Below are positions 12,172-25,633 of a DNA stretch of 64,000 bases, piece after piece. Origin of the DNA: Lytechinus pictus (taxonomy: Eukaryota); NCBI RefSeq assembly GCF_037042905.1, contig NC_087249.1:33170001-33234000 (forward strand). Reading direction: 5' to 3'. Every line of letters begins with the position of its first letter. Position 1 is the first letter of the stretch. The notes under the pieces were generated by a model. That model searched no databases and was not told where the DNA came from. It worked only from the letters and a program-made list of their open reading frames with translations. The position numbers and the translations under genes were made by a program.

Positions 12172-12490
12172 ATTGATTATCTAGTCGACGACAGAAGAGT
12201 GGAAAACAAGGCTTGGTCCTCCTGGTAGGCTAGTGCTTATGCTTGAGGCACCGACGTCTTTCTGGCTAACAAATGGCCTCAACTCTCGTTGTTCAACGGG
12301 GCAGCGCAGGGTGAAGTTTATACCTGCATCCGCTGCTGCAGCTTCACGTACACAAAGCACAGTTTGTTTACATTCGCGACTACCAGGATTGAGTAGTCAG
12401 CTGATTTATGGCGGCGCGCGATCGCGAAGTGACTCATCGCTCATGTCACGTCATCGCTCGTTAATAACGTTGACTCGACGCGCGCAGTGC
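12172..12490 (-). promoter_or_regulatory. CpG-rich 5' UTR/promoter region of the nicotinamidase gene
   Basis: Locally CpG-rich against a CpG-poor background. AP-1 site TGACTCA at 12430-12436 and ATF/CREB-type ATGACGTGAC (minus strand) at 12445-12454, directly upstream of coding exon 1. Confidence 0.55.
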
Positions 12491-12701
12491 AGTATAGATC
12501 TTTGGTATAGATACTGGATAGAGGGGGGGGGGGGGGGGGGGGGGGGGTGTCAGAATTTCGAAGAAAGGACGAGGTGCAATGAAAAAAAAGGAAGAGGGAG
12601 AATGAGCAAGGAGCTTGTGTTGGAAGCTCCTTGGAATGAGAAATGAATGTGCCAAAAGAGAGAAAAAAAAATAAGGCGTACCATACTTTTTGAAAAAAAA
12701 A

Positions 12702-12925
12702 GTGATAGCTAGGTTGGTAATACCAAGGTTTTTTTACCTGAATGCTAAGAAAGCACGAATGCCTGTGAGCAAGCAACCAGGGGACCAACGACTTAAGGTC
12801 CTCTCCGAGGGACCTGGTAATGAGGATAAATGCATGCCTTACCAAAGTGCACTAGCGCACCACTTGGGAATCGAACCCGGGTCACCCGGCCGGAATCCGA
12901 AACCCCCGCTCTACCGACTGAGCTA
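12702..12925 (-). mobile_element. tRNA-derived SINE
   Basis: A box TAGCTCAGTCGG and B box GGTTCGATTCCC, followed by a ~150-nt non-tRNA body; no closed cloverleaf. Confidence 0.8.
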
Positions 12926-14215
12926 AAGAAAAAAGAGGGAAGCAATATATAGAAACAATTAGGCCCCATAAAAAAGAAAAATTTAGCCCAAAATGTTTCT
13001 TTTTACAATTTTACATGTGCCAGAACGCCTACAGTGCATAAGCCCTTTCTAAAAATTACTGATTAATAGCTTCTACAAAAAGGGTAAATTGAAGCTGGCC
13101 ATAGGCTTTCTTCTGACATCTTGTTTCATGGAGAAATCTTTTTTCAACCTTGAGAAGAGATATACATTTACGGTTCCAATGCCCAGAGGGAATGTCTGTT
13201 GAAATTGTGTACAATAAAATCATGAGAAAAAACAGATAGCCATGCTTGAGGACACAAAGTAACCCTTTGAATAAATATTAAGTCCAACTCCAACCCAGCA
13301 AAAAGGATGATTTGATTTGAATAAATAGAGAAATTTAAAAAAAATAAAAATTTGTACTTGTTAAAAACAGAGAATATTATGCACATCATGGGTGACACAA
13401 TATTTATTTCTTATGCATTCTATTAATGATGCATTCTATTGTCAAATATTTCAATTTTTTATAGACTGGACCATAAAAGAAGCTCTGTATTGAAAGATAA
13501 TACGTTGAACAATTTAACATGTTCAGAGAGGAATCAAACCTGGCTTGTTTTATATAATTAAATGTTACATAAGAATTAAAATAGACATAATGTTCAATCA
13601 TTTAGTAGTACATGACTCCAGAGATTATTTGCATATGAGAAATTGCCAGTTTTATGTAAGCAACGGCAAGTAAAGAATTGTTATGGTAATCAAGTAGAAC
13701 ACAATATACATTCCATTCAATGGTAGTTGCATATTTCATGAGGCACTAAAATTTTCACCATTCTGAAATGTTAATGAAATACATGTGGTGTTTATCTCAG
13801 TAGACAATAGTGATCACAGGCAAGGAAAATGGCAATACATTCAAGATTTTTCTAGTGTAGAAGTGGACTTTTTAAAAAGAAAGCAATGTTCTTATGATAG
13901 ATAAAACTGGAAGCTTTTACTTTCATTCACGCCAGCATTTTGGGTTTTACCGGAAGGAGTTAATAGCTAATATGTATGTATAAGAAATTTCAGAACTGTC
14001 CCTTCAAGATACCAGCTGATTCATATACCAGATAATTTATTTTGGTTTTATTGTTAAAAGCTCATATATGTAAGATAATTAATGTTGGTATTATTTTTAA
14101 AAGATTCATAAGTAAGATAATTTGTTTGGGTTTCATTGTTAAGGAACAAGAATCATATCATCTTAACATACTTATCTCAGTTATTTCTAATGGTGCTTCT
14201 GTATTGCAACAGATA

Positions 14216-14345
14216 ATTTGGGGAAACGAAAACCAATTTTCAGGAATCAATAGCCATATTAGGGAATCGAAAGCCATTTTTAGGAAACCAACGTCAATTT
14301 TAGGAAATGAAAGCAATTTTAAAAGGTAAAAAAAAACATTTTTGG
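14216..14345. repeat. Degenerate ~20-bp minisatellite
   Basis: ATTTT.GGAA.C.AA.GCC-like units, with GGAA at 14222, 14243, 14263, 14283 and 14303. Confidence 0.65.
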
Positions 14346-14528
14346 AAAGTTCTAGAATATATCATTTCTTTTCAGAAGAAAGATCCAATGACTTATGACT
14401 TTTGAAAATTCCCCTCTTGTATTACCCCTCTTACAATTTTCATATTCTTTGCATTGATTTTAAGGCTAGAAGCAGGCACAAGCAGACAGAAATAAATAAT
14501 TGAAGACAGATATTTGAATTAGATGTAC

Positions 14529-14534
14529 TTTAAT
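14529..14534 (-). promoter_or_regulatory. Candidate distal polyadenylation signal (ATTAAA) of FHIP1
   Basis: ATTAAA followed on the minus strand by U/GU-rich sequence (ttctgtctgcttgtgcctgcttc). Several more proximal AATAAA hexamers also exist, e.g. 21350-21355. Confidence 0.3.
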
Positions 14535-14904
14535 TTGGTTACAACCATAATCTAGATAAAAAATGCTTACATTTTCAATTTAAAAAATAATTACACAACA
14601 CAAGTCCTGATTCTCCAAATGCATAATCTGATCCATGTACATCATATACAAGTTCAAATAGTATTTTAAAGTCTAAAATAATGTGAGAATGAAATACTAT
14701 GTACTAAAACTACATTTGACTACTAAAATCATCAAAAAGTAAAACCCACAGAAAAAATAGGTCCATGCAAATTCTCATATCAGAGGGTTGTGAATGTGTA
14801 TTGGCATTAAGTATGGGAAACTATTTCAGAGTAGCCATGGGAAAAATGGGAGGGAATGAGAGGACAAAGTCGAATGCAATTAATAAAACATGTTATGAAT
14901 AACT

Positions 14905-15091
14905 GTGTGGTCTAGTGGTTAGAGCATTGGACTCATGACTGAAGGGTTGTGAGTTCAAATCCCAAATCTGCCATTATCTCCACTTTAACCAAAAATAGAC
15001 CCGAGAGTAATTTCTGTTGTGTATAATGGTCAGCTACTATGACTGATTAACCTAGACGTAAAATATTTCATATGTAATTGATTATATACCC
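14905..15091 (+). mobile_element. tRNA-derived SINE (degraded)
   Basis: A box TGGTCTAGTGG and B box AGTTCAAATCC, followed by unrelated body sequence. Confidence 0.65.
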
Positions 15092-18000
15092 CAACAGAAA
15101 CAAAAACTCCATCTTTCATCATTTGTTTTAATAAGTTGCTGAAGTTGCTCATATCGATTATTGTATAGACAATGGTCCAACATTACATCACACTAACAAA
15201 TTTTAACCTACAGTATTTATTAAACTAATTTGAAATACCCATAGGAAGATATATTGCCAACATGAAACAATTTCTCCCTTACTACTAAATGAATTCATCA
15301 AAAAATTCACTAGTCAATACATCCAAGCATGATGCTGTATGTTGCAAGACTTGCCTCAAATCAAGATACTTCAGATTAAAGTGTAATCAAAATATGACTA
15401 AAATGGCTAATAATAGGATACTAGAGGTAATATAACTACAATACATAATGAAAATGCAAATCTGTGAAAATAATTCTGAAGAGAGAAGAAAAGAAAAGAT
15501 GTCACATAAAACTAAGTGATTTAAGTGCAGCAGAATAGATAAATAACATAAATCAGGGGAAAAGGAATTAAAATTAGATAGATATTAGAATTAAAATGGG
15601 ATATCAGAATTAAAACAGGATACAATTTTAATACCATTTTACAATTAAAATAGGATAGATTATAAGAATTATGAATAAAATACTATATTGTGACTATATA
15701 TAAGCAATAATTTGAATACAATTGAGCAACAAAATAAACAGGGATGTAGTCAAGGCTGGTATTTCCAAGTCATGAGGCTGGCAAAACGCAGCCTGGTGGT
15801 CGGCCTTGACTACACCCCTGAAAATAAATTTCAAAACATTCCTTTAACGTCCAATTCAAAATTCATAATCACACATAAGTAATCCTTTGCACTTTTAAAT
15901 TAAGTATTCAGAAATCAAGATATAAGCCTAAGCATAACTTAGCATTTTCACAAGTATTAAGGTCAATACCACCCCAACAATAAGTTGATTTAAAATGGAA
16001 TGAAGTTCAAATAAGCATGATTAAAATTTAATTGAAATTAAAACACGAAGTCTATAACCTTAAAAAAATCAATTACCGGTATATGCACAGCATAATCAAA
16101 CACTCACCCAACATGATATAATTAAATGTTCCTCCAAAATAAACATGTCTTGACCTCGCCTTGAATATGTGGAATCATCATAATTATAGCTTATTTTGTA
16201 GATTTAATTATTGAAACTGCAAACATCGCAATAATCCATAGGATTAAGTACAAAAGTAAGTATTGGTGTGTCACATCTTCATGGGTCCCATTTGCATAAT
16301 CACTTTTGAGAATTTAAAGATAAGTTCTTAAATGTCATAACATTCTTATTTCAAATCTGATTTGAAATGAATTTACAGTGTTATACATGTTTTTCTTTAA
16401 TTCATATCAACTTGTTGTGGGGTGGAACTGCCTTTGACAATCAACTTTTAATGTACTCTGTCTGCAGAAAGAGGGCACTGTAACAATTCCACCTGCTGAC
16501 ACCATTCATCATAACATTATTACCTTATCCATAGGATACACCATGAAAAGGCTATGTGCCTCTTTCAAATCAAGCACACACCTGGCAAAGTTATCCAGAT
16601 AAATGCAGACTAATAGAAAAATTGTTTAAAAAAGGGAAGAGGGAAGAGTTAATCATCTTTCAAGGTTAATTCACATGGGAAATTAGAGTTAAATGAATCG
16701 AGTATGATGGGATTTAAGGTTGGTCACAAAATTTCCGAGCAAAATATGTCACAAGCCATTTGTAACAAAAACAAACTTGTGTGTGTCTGGAATAATTCAA
16801 CTTGTGACTTCAATCTTCACAATGTAAGTAATGCCAGTTTGAAAAGTACTTCGGTCCCCTCCTCACCTCGATTACTACCCATGGTAATACCATGGACCTA
16901 CTAGCAAAGGTCAATGGTAATACTATATGAAGTTTCATCCAGATAAGACTGATTTGGAAGGAGTATGGCATACTGTAAGTGTAATGACTCTATGGATGTA
17001 CCGTTAATAAGGGAGTGTTTCATTGTTTCGACACCCCATGACGGGTGAGTGTTTGGCAAAGGGTCTCAAAAAAAAAAAAAGAGAACGTTCATGACTTTTA
17101 CTATAATTACATCCTGTATCCATCCTGTATACATTGATGAAAATGTCAAAATCCTGTGTTACACAAAATATCAGTTAAAAGTGAACTTAACTTACTTTTA
17201 TTCTTTCTTTGTTATATTTCTCAGTCTGACTGAAATTTATGAGATTTGTTTTACAAATATACGTGTAGATGCACTAGTATTATGTATCCTCACAATATTT
17301 GAAATAAAAATGAACATAGTTTAACATATCATATGTTAGAAGACCAATTAATATATAAGAAAAACAAGAAAGATGAGTTTATAGCTCACCAGATATCATC
17401 TTTGTCGACATGGGCATAAAAAGGTTTTAATTAGTCAGTGAACAATATTTGTTTTGATGAATAAGAGTCGTGCCAATATTTTACAAAAACACAGGTGACC
17501 CTTTGGAGTATTATGGTATTTACTCCTAATGAAAATAATAAATGTGCAAATTAATCCATACTGAATATTGACTGAAATTTAAAAAAAAATGAAAAATAAC
17601 ATTTCTTCTTCCAAACTTTTGAGTTCAAATCCACACAATATACTATTTTCTAGACTTCTCCAACTGTTAATACACATATAACTCGGCTGTCCATTAAGTC
17701 TATTCCTGATAAATATCTACCTATATAAAATTCCAGCACATTAAAAATAGAACTGTACAGTATTTATTGCAAAAATATTTACAGACCCAACATGATAGTT
17801 TCAAAAAATTATCCAAAAACATTAACTCCTCCATGAACATCAGCATAAGTGAAAAGTACAATGACTCTTAAAAGTGCAACTCTAATATTTAAAATATCTT
17901 GCATATTAAGTCTGACTTAGCTTTATTTCATATAAAATGCAAAAAAAAAAACAGTGACAACATTATGTCCTCATTATATCCAAAATTAATTAAGTATTAA

Positions 18001-20258
18001 CAGGCAAACAGATGAAGTTTACATACTGTGCCTGGAACAGTTGATTGCGAACTATCACTTCAGATCTTAGTAATAATTTTAGAGTCATATTTTAAATCTT
18101 AAAAAGTGAACTTATACTTATTCACAAAGCACTTGTAATTTGGCAAGTATTAGGGTAGGGATTTCTGTTTGAGATTAGAATATCTAACCTTTTCCTTCTG
18201 AAACTTGAAAAACAAATAATTTCTGTCAAAACAGTAAATAAAGATAACCAAATTTGCAAGCATTCATAGTTTTAGCTGCCACATGCATCTAAATACCCTA
18301 TTGATTGTGAATTACATTAAAATGGTTCATTAAAAAATATTGAACTAATGTTGTTTTTTTGTTTTTTTTCTAAAATGACCTAAATATATTTCTTGGGGTT
18401 TTTAAAGTTAAAGTTCTTTCATTCTCATCCAATTATGGCAAGATTTTTTTCCCTCTAAATATAAGCTGCAATGAATGCTCCTCTCTCTTTCTTTCTTCCT
18501 TCTAATACAAAAAGGAGGTTTCAAAAATTAATTTGATTAAAAAGCCATTACATGAATTGATGTATTCTTGTTTTTGAGTTCTTTCTTACAAATACTGCTG
18601 AAACATTTGATCTTCAGGAAACTGTTTAAATCCAAAAAGTGAACAAGATTAGACTTTATTTTCCAATGTCTGTGATCCCCCATTCATCCCTAATATGGGC
18701 CACAGTTAAGCAACATGACCCAACTCTGTGACAAAGAAAACACTTGAGAAAGCCAAGGTTAATACATTTGTAGTGCAAAGAAACATGTACTGCCAAAGTG
18801 TGTATCTAATAGGTATATAACACTGTTCTTTCTCACCTGAGACTTTGGGGTTTTTTGGCGACTGAAGCTTGTAGAAAAGATTAGAACAAGATGGAAGGAG
18901 AAGACACTTCTATGATCAAATTTTCAATTTTGATTTAAGGCACTTATTGCTAAAGACAACAGAAAAGGGGAACATCTATGTTGACCTCAGGACATTGTAT
19001 TACACTCTTTACATAACAAAAAATAAGGAGCTTTTTTATTTGGGATGCTGCTTATGTGATGTGAAGAGGCTGTCTAGCTTTCACCTCTTAGCTCATTTTA
19101 AAGTCATTTCAATAGTGATGAAGCCATTTGTGTACTTTATCATGAGAGGCTTGTGGACTAACAACTTTTTTTCTGAAAACATACACAATAGCATGGACCG
19201 CAATATATAATTGAAAAATTAAAGAAATATTTTACAGAAGAACAAATCCCAAGCACAGGGAAGAATTAGGATTAATCAGTAGACCTGCAAGCAAGATCCC
19301 AGGAGAACTATTGTGTTCAGATAAGGTTTTTTTAATCCATTAGAAAGAGAAACACCATGTTGAATGCACTGTATTGAGTATACCACGGTCTACCATGGAA
19401 TACATAACAAATTTTCCTCTGTAAACTTCAATCGAAGTTTTTAAAAGGCAATCCATACTTTGTCCTTCTATATTATCATGAATTAGAAAATCATTTCTGG
19501 CACTTATCTTTACCCTGTTATATCGTTATTTGATTTTCGGAATTCATCAATGAGATATATATTCAAAGTCAAGCATTGGTTCAACAAAATCATACATTAC
19601 AAATAAGAGTGCAAGAGAAATGTTTAAAACCTTCATATAGGACATTGAATTTTGTAACAGAAGCTTACACACTTATATATCATCAAAAGGCTAATTTACT
19701 TTAGGATGAAAGTAGGCGTTCGTACATCGTTACTGCATTATGCATATTAATCAGTGTTGGAATTGATCCATAATTTTGTTTTCCCCCTGGTTTAATATCG
19801 ACTGTATATCTGATGTGTAATTTAATCATCATTCTTTTGAAATATGAACTGCTTAAAAATAATTAGCCATCTATAAGTGCAAATCAACATCAGTGCTATT
19901 TTTTTTACAGTGCTCAATATTCAATGTTAAATAACACATAGGTCTATTTCTCATTAAAAAAACTGCAACAAAATTATGTATTTCAGTGTGGTTCATAAAA
20001 TCATCAAAGTCATAAAACCCATTTGCCAATGTTTATCTCAGAGTGTAAATGTTCCAGTTAATCTCATTTATATGGTTTGGTTCCCTTATATCTATCAATG
20101 AGACACTAAAGTGCGTATAAAGTAATTGATAAGTTCAATATCACATTGATTGATATTAGCACATTATTCAATTTTACATGTACAATATTCCCACATCCTT
20201 TTATCAATGAAGTAGTCTAAAGGCATTAAATTCTGGTCTTCCATAAGAACATAATTAA

Positions 20259-20757
20259 AGGGGAAGTTCACCCTGAAGAAAAGTTTGTGATAAAAATATT
20301 AGAAAAAAATAATAATAAATATTGGTAAAAGGGTTCAGGAAAATCCATCAAAGATTAAGAAAGTTATTAGAATTTTAATTTTTGCATTTGTGACATTATA
20401 AACTAACAGCTGCCCCATATGTTATGTAATGAAACAAGCATAAATTTCAATTTCCTAATGGTTCATGATGACTTATTTTTTTTTTTTTAGGAACAGACAT
20501 GAAATCATTTGTCTACTGGTATACTAAAGGTACAGTACATGTACAAACCATTGTCACTTTTCTGAGAAAATGACATTTCATTGATTTTTTGCCATACGAT
20601 ATGGAGGAAAGCTGCTCGCATATGATGTCATAAATCAAAAAATAGAATTCTAATAACTTTTTTATTCTTGGATGGATTTTTTCAACCTTTGGCATTATTC
20701 TTTATTATTTTTTCTGCTATTTTTACAATGCACTTTTATTCAGGGTGAACTTCCCCT
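20259..20757. mobile_element. Kolobok-like MITE family C
   Basis: TTAA|AGGGGAAGTTCACCCTGA...TCAGGGTGAACTTCCCCT|TTAA, a perfect 18-bp TIR. A degraded right half of the same family lies at ~9121-9321. Confidence 0.88.
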
Positions 20758-22280
20758 TTAATAGTTGTATGGTAAGCTGTCACAATTCAAAATAAGTGTC
20801 ATTTTCAAAAGTCATAAGTGCATGATAAATTCTTTAAGGGTATATTGTTTAACATTGTTCACAGTTCTCATTAAAAATGTTGTATTTCAGTGATATCAGT
20901 AAATATCCATAAAATTCATTGATTAATTACATGATGAAACCCATTAAATGGTGTGCTCAAGAGTGTATATAGCATAACCTTTATATTCTCAAAACACAGT
21001 TCAGTGTTTCTGCAGCATCAGTTAAAGCCAAATTATCAGGCATGTTTGAAGAATATGGATTATATATCATACAAAAAAACTACATTACATTTGCTCTATG
21101 ATTAACATCAGAAAGGGCACAAGTGGTTGTTAAGTACAGGAGCAATATATTAAAAATTGTGACCAAAGATATCATTAACAACATTTATTAGTCATGATAG
21201 TGAGTGCATTGTTAATTTCCCCATTTAAACTCAATTTAATAAAAGTATACCTAACTCCAACTAATTAAAAACCTCAGAACTATTACTTCCACTGACAACT
21301 TGATGTATTCACTAGCTGCACACAGTTGGACAGATCTCTTATCCTAATCTTTATTCAATGGTTTTGATGTGAAAAATGCAACCCTGCGGTCTGTTGCACA
21401 AACTTAATAAATGTAATTCTGCTAAGATAATAACTACCTGGGATAGCATGGTTTTGATGGCCCAGCACAGACCAAGCCTTACACATAACCACTAATAATC
21501 AATAAAATTCATGCAATGAGTTCATTAAAAAAGAAAGATAGATCTCTTCATACTCATGTTTTTTCTTCCATAATTTATAACATTTTTTCTGTCTTCGTAC
21601 AAATATACATCTTCCCATTATCACTATTCCTGAGAATTGAACATTTTATCAACATTTACTGTTTCTAGCAGAAAAGATGAGAATTTTTTTCTTCGTTTGA
21701 AATGTAAAAGGTCTATATTTAATCCCCTTTATATTTTACATTTTATATGAAAGCCAAGAGCAATAAGCATACACTGTACAACTAACAATGCTATAGGTAT
21801 GCAATGAGACAGAGAAAGCATAGGAAGGAAGGGGAAATGGAATTGGGGAAGAGCAACACATCAAAAGACCAAGGGCCAGGTGATACATGCACAGCAGAAG
21901 AAAAGATAGAGGGGAAAAGGTGAAGGGGTAGAAAAATAGGAAGGAAAGAAACCATGAACATAATGGGAGGTGATGCATAATAAAATAACAGTTTGGCAAA
22001 TCAATATGCATCATCTATAAATGGAGGACAATATTTTCATGTATAAATAAGCATTATAAAAAGCACCTATTAAGTAAGAGATTCTACGCCAGTGCAAAGC
22101 TATGTCAATAAAGTATCGCAAACTTTTATGAAACTGCATGCCAAGCAAAGTGTGCGGGCATGCATGTCTGGCATAGGGAATTTGAATCTCGTTCAAAATA
22201 TACTTGTAATCTCTCAAATCTAACTGGCCACAAAATAAGAAATGAAACTGACAAGGCTGATTCACAGCCCCCGAATATCT

Positions 22281-22546
22281 TTACAGTTCTTCAACAGATA
22301 ACACGGCATGTTCCTGAGCTAATGCGGCAAGTTCCTTCACAAACTCATCTAACACCACAGCACTATAGACAGCATTGCGTGACTTCAACGACTCATACTG
22401 GGCTGAAGTTTCCGGCGACATTGCTCCACTCTCACCACTCACAAGCCCTGATTCACGAATGGCAGAGAGTTTCTGTTTTTCTGAGCTCTTGATGGAGCGG
22501 TTGCGGCGCTTCAGGAATATGTCAGTAAGAGATCCTCGACGAGTAA
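22281..22546 (-). CDS. FHIP1: FHIP1/FAM160A-family last coding exon
   Basis: (V)TRRGSLTDIFLKRRNRS...SLKSRNAVYSAVVLDEFVKELAALAQEHAVLSVEEL*; the NAVY.AV...EF.KELAA motif is the FHIP1 C-terminus. Acceptor ttctttcag; TAA at 22281-22283. Confidence 0.92.
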
Positions 22547-23169
22547 CTGAAAGAATTAAAAAATAAACAGATTTTGCACAATAAATTCCAAGGAATTAAA
22601 ATGCTTTGTTCTAGAAAAGAAATATGAAACTGCATATAGAAAACACTGCCTCGGGAGAGTGTTTCAATTCACATTTGTCATCTGAAAAAAAAACCAGTCA
22701 GATCTGACATCTTTCTTAAAGTTCTGATTGTCCAAGAAGTGCAGTGTTCTGATGGTACATGAAACTTTCAGATAAAACATACTTTGTCAGATTAAACATC
22801 TGATAAGTCCTTTCCTGAAAGATCCCCAGATTTATAATTTTGAATGAGAGACATCTTGTAACATAGCCTATGATCAGATCAATGGGTCATATGGGGGCAC
22901 ATAAAAACATACAACTGAGATATATACCCCAACATAGTACGACGAGACAAATAAGTTCCCAATTATCTGTAGTCTACAAATAGTTTAGGATGGCCCTGTC
23001 CCTCTCTTCTACCATAGGACAGGGAAGTGTTTTATCAGCATTTTCGTCTGACATCTTTCCCTGATTTTGATTGGCTGGGAAGCACTGCTGCTATGGTAAC
23101 TGTCAGATAAAACAGGACTTGTCAGATGAAACGTCTGACAAGTCATTTCATGTAACATTCCCCAGAACA

Positions 23170-23246
23170 ATCTTTGGTTAGACCTTCTTAATCAGGGGAT
23201 TCCCTTGTCATCGCGTATCGCTTAGCTTCATGTAGGTTTGTATCCC
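23170..23246 (-). repeat. Degenerate intronic copy of part of the adjacent FHIP1 exon
   Basis: Aligns without gaps to 23332-23408 (offset 162); DTNLHEAKRYAMTRESPD* versus DTNLHKAKQYLMTRESPEQ. Confidence 0.9.
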
Positions 23247-23252
23247 CTTTAC

Positions 23253-23463
23253 CTTGTTTGATAGTGGTGAGAGTACCACTCCTTGGTTTGAGGGTGACCC
23301 TATCCCTCTCCTCAACAACAGACCAGGACCTATCTTTGGTTAGACCATCTTGTTCAGGGGATTCCCTTGTCATCAGGTACTGCTTGGCTTTATGTAGGTT
23401 GGTGTCCCACTTATCCACCTTTGCAGCGTAGGCATCCAGTCTGCTCCTCACTGATGTCAGGAC
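23253..23463 (-). CDS. FHIP1: FHIP1 coding exon
   Basis: VLTSVRSRLDAYAAKVDKWDTNLHKAKQYLMTRE...TLTTIKQ-G|gtaaag. Acceptor tttcctcag; 211 nt, phases consistent with both neighbours. Confidence 0.9.
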
Positions 23464-24919
23464 CTGAGGAAATGAAAGAACAGAACATACAATGAGGAAC
23501 AGAATAATCTTAAATAGTATCAACTGGCAGTAATGACTTAAAGCACCACCCTGAATCTACCTTTCTAAACCACAGCAGTTCAGGTAAAATAATTATTCTG
23601 GACTGAGTTAACATACAGAATTACAGATGGTATCAAATGCTGTAGCAATTTTAGTCTTGGATGAATTATACTCTTTTTTTAAGACAGCCATGACCGGACC
23701 ACAAATCATTCGCCAAAATGCATAAATTTTTACTAAAATATCTTTTCAATCTTAACATTATTATTATGAGTTATATCATTGATGACACATCAAACATATT
23801 CAACCTTTGGGTGCAATTGTTAAGCCATGCTAATTTATATTACATCTGACTAGAAGATGGCAAGGAATTTCAATACTTTGAATCTTTTAGTACTAGCTTT
23901 TGATAAAAATGTTTTGATTCAGCAGATCTCAAGAGATTAGATCGAAAGGTACAACAACCTGTAAGCTATAAAACATATCTAGGGTGAACCACAGGTAGGT
24001 CAATTGCTCTAAGTATTTCTTGCATAATACTAAATACATGTTGATAAAACCCAAAGGAACAAGGCCATACATAAATAAATACAAACTACTTGATTGTGTA
24101 GTATATTTCAAAATGGACCAAAACTTCAATTCACTGTCTTAACATTCAGGAGACGAAAGTCATGAACAACTGCTTTATAAGTAATGGGGCATATTTCTGT
24201 TGAACAATAGCTCTGTTAAACAAGGTATGTAACAAGGAAGTTGTATTGTGGGAAAGTTTATATTAAGCCCAGCATTGATAATATCTTGATTCCTCTTATC
24301 CAGGCACCTGTCTAGTTTTGATTGTGAAATAGTTTCAATCAGAATGACGCTATGAAAATGTCACTACAACTTTGTCAAGCTATTGCAAAATGCAGAGAAG
24401 CACAGTAGTATGAAGTCCATGGCGCAGCATCAATGATTTCACGGATTAAATCATTTTCTTTTGATGATCTAAATTCCACCAATCCCATAATTTCTTCTTT
24501 TAAATTGTGAAATAAGCGAAGTACTGTAACCAACAGGGACTTCCTGTCCATCGATATTAAAACCAAATTAATTACATAAATCGTTTTCTAGTTGAAGCAG
24601 TGAACTGGCTTCTATTCGCCAGGCTTTTTGTTGCAGACCATAGTCACCTATACTACTATGCTGACTAAATAATAGCAATGGATTTACTTTAGAAATTGGC
24701 AAAAAATAGCATTTCCATTGCATCATAGGAATGTGTGGTAAATCAAAGAAAAAATGTGTAAATTGTTTCAAAACAAAAAGCTCAGAATTATCCAAATTCA
24801 AGGTATTTTCTCCCAAGTCAGAATGGTTGGGAGGTCTGGTGTTGGTATGAAGGATATTGTTGATGTTGTGTTTTTTTATTTGAGTTTCAATACAAGGCAC
24901 ATAATCAGGTATGGATATC

Positions 24920-25320
24920 TATGCCTTCTTCTTCTTCTTCTTTCCTTGGTTGGCAACCAGTCAGGATTGACTATTTTTGCCACAGCTTTGTTCATTTTCA
25001 ACAGGTTGTTATTCTTGTTATTTTTCTTTTCTTTTCTTGTTATTTTTCTTTCTTTTTTCCTCTTATTTTTTTTTTCCCTCTTTTTTCCTATTCTTTTTCT
25101 TTTCTCTTCTCTTTTTTCTTTTTATTTCTTTTCTTTTCTTTTGTTCTCTTTTTTCTTTTCCTGTTTCATTTTTTCCTGCATTTTTTCTCTTTTCTTCTCC
25201 TTCTTTTCTTTTTTTCTTATATAGACATATTGTATTTTTGTCCTTTTAAAATAATAATTTTCCTTTTTTTCTTTTTTGTATGCGTTCTGTTTCTTGCAGC
25301 ATGTTTTCATTTTCTTCTGC
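24920..25320. repeat. Low-complexity T/C-rich tract
   Basis: Runs of T interspersed with C; source of several spurious Phe-rich and Lys-rich ORFs. Confidence 0.9.
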
Positions 25321-25454
25321 TACAGTAAGCTGCAATAGAAAAAACAAAAGTAAACTGGACTTGTGGCCTGATAAAACTTCAGGTTTCGGGACACCGAAAA
25401 CTAAAGTATGGGATGATGCCTTTGGATATCCTACTAGTCTCCTTCCAGACTTAC

Positions 25455-25633
25455 CTGAGTAAGAGAACGCACACTAGGCTGGAAAACCATGTTGGTATTA
25501 AGTAGGAAGGAGCGAAGGAGTGGCTGGGGGTAACAGGCTAACCGGGATATAATACCAGTAAGGAGCAGATTCACATAGAGTGAGTTCTCCATCATAGAAT
25601 CCAACTTGGCAAAGATGGTCACCATGAAAGGAC
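25455..25633 (-). CDS. FHIP1: FHIP1 coding exon (conserved C-terminal domain)
   Basis: GPFMVTIFAKLDSMMENSLYVNLLLTGIISRLACYPQPLLRSFLLNTNMVFQPSVRSLTQ, a hallmark FAM160A segment. Acceptor ttcctcag, donor CAG|gtaagt. Confidence 0.96.

Noticed and set aside
12181-12396. 71-codon open frame in frame with the nicotinamidase ATG, separated by one TAG
   Set aside because: It has no ATG and no recognisable homology, and such a frame is expected by chance in GC-rich leader DNA.
12850-12925. Possible tRNA gene (likewise 14905-14975 and 54975-55047)
   Set aside because: A and B boxes are present, but the acceptor and anticodon stems do not close and each continues into a SINE-like body.
24754-25328. 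Several Phe/Leu-rich and Lys-rich ORFs of up to 156 aa
   Set aside because: They are translations of a T/C low-complexity intronic tract.
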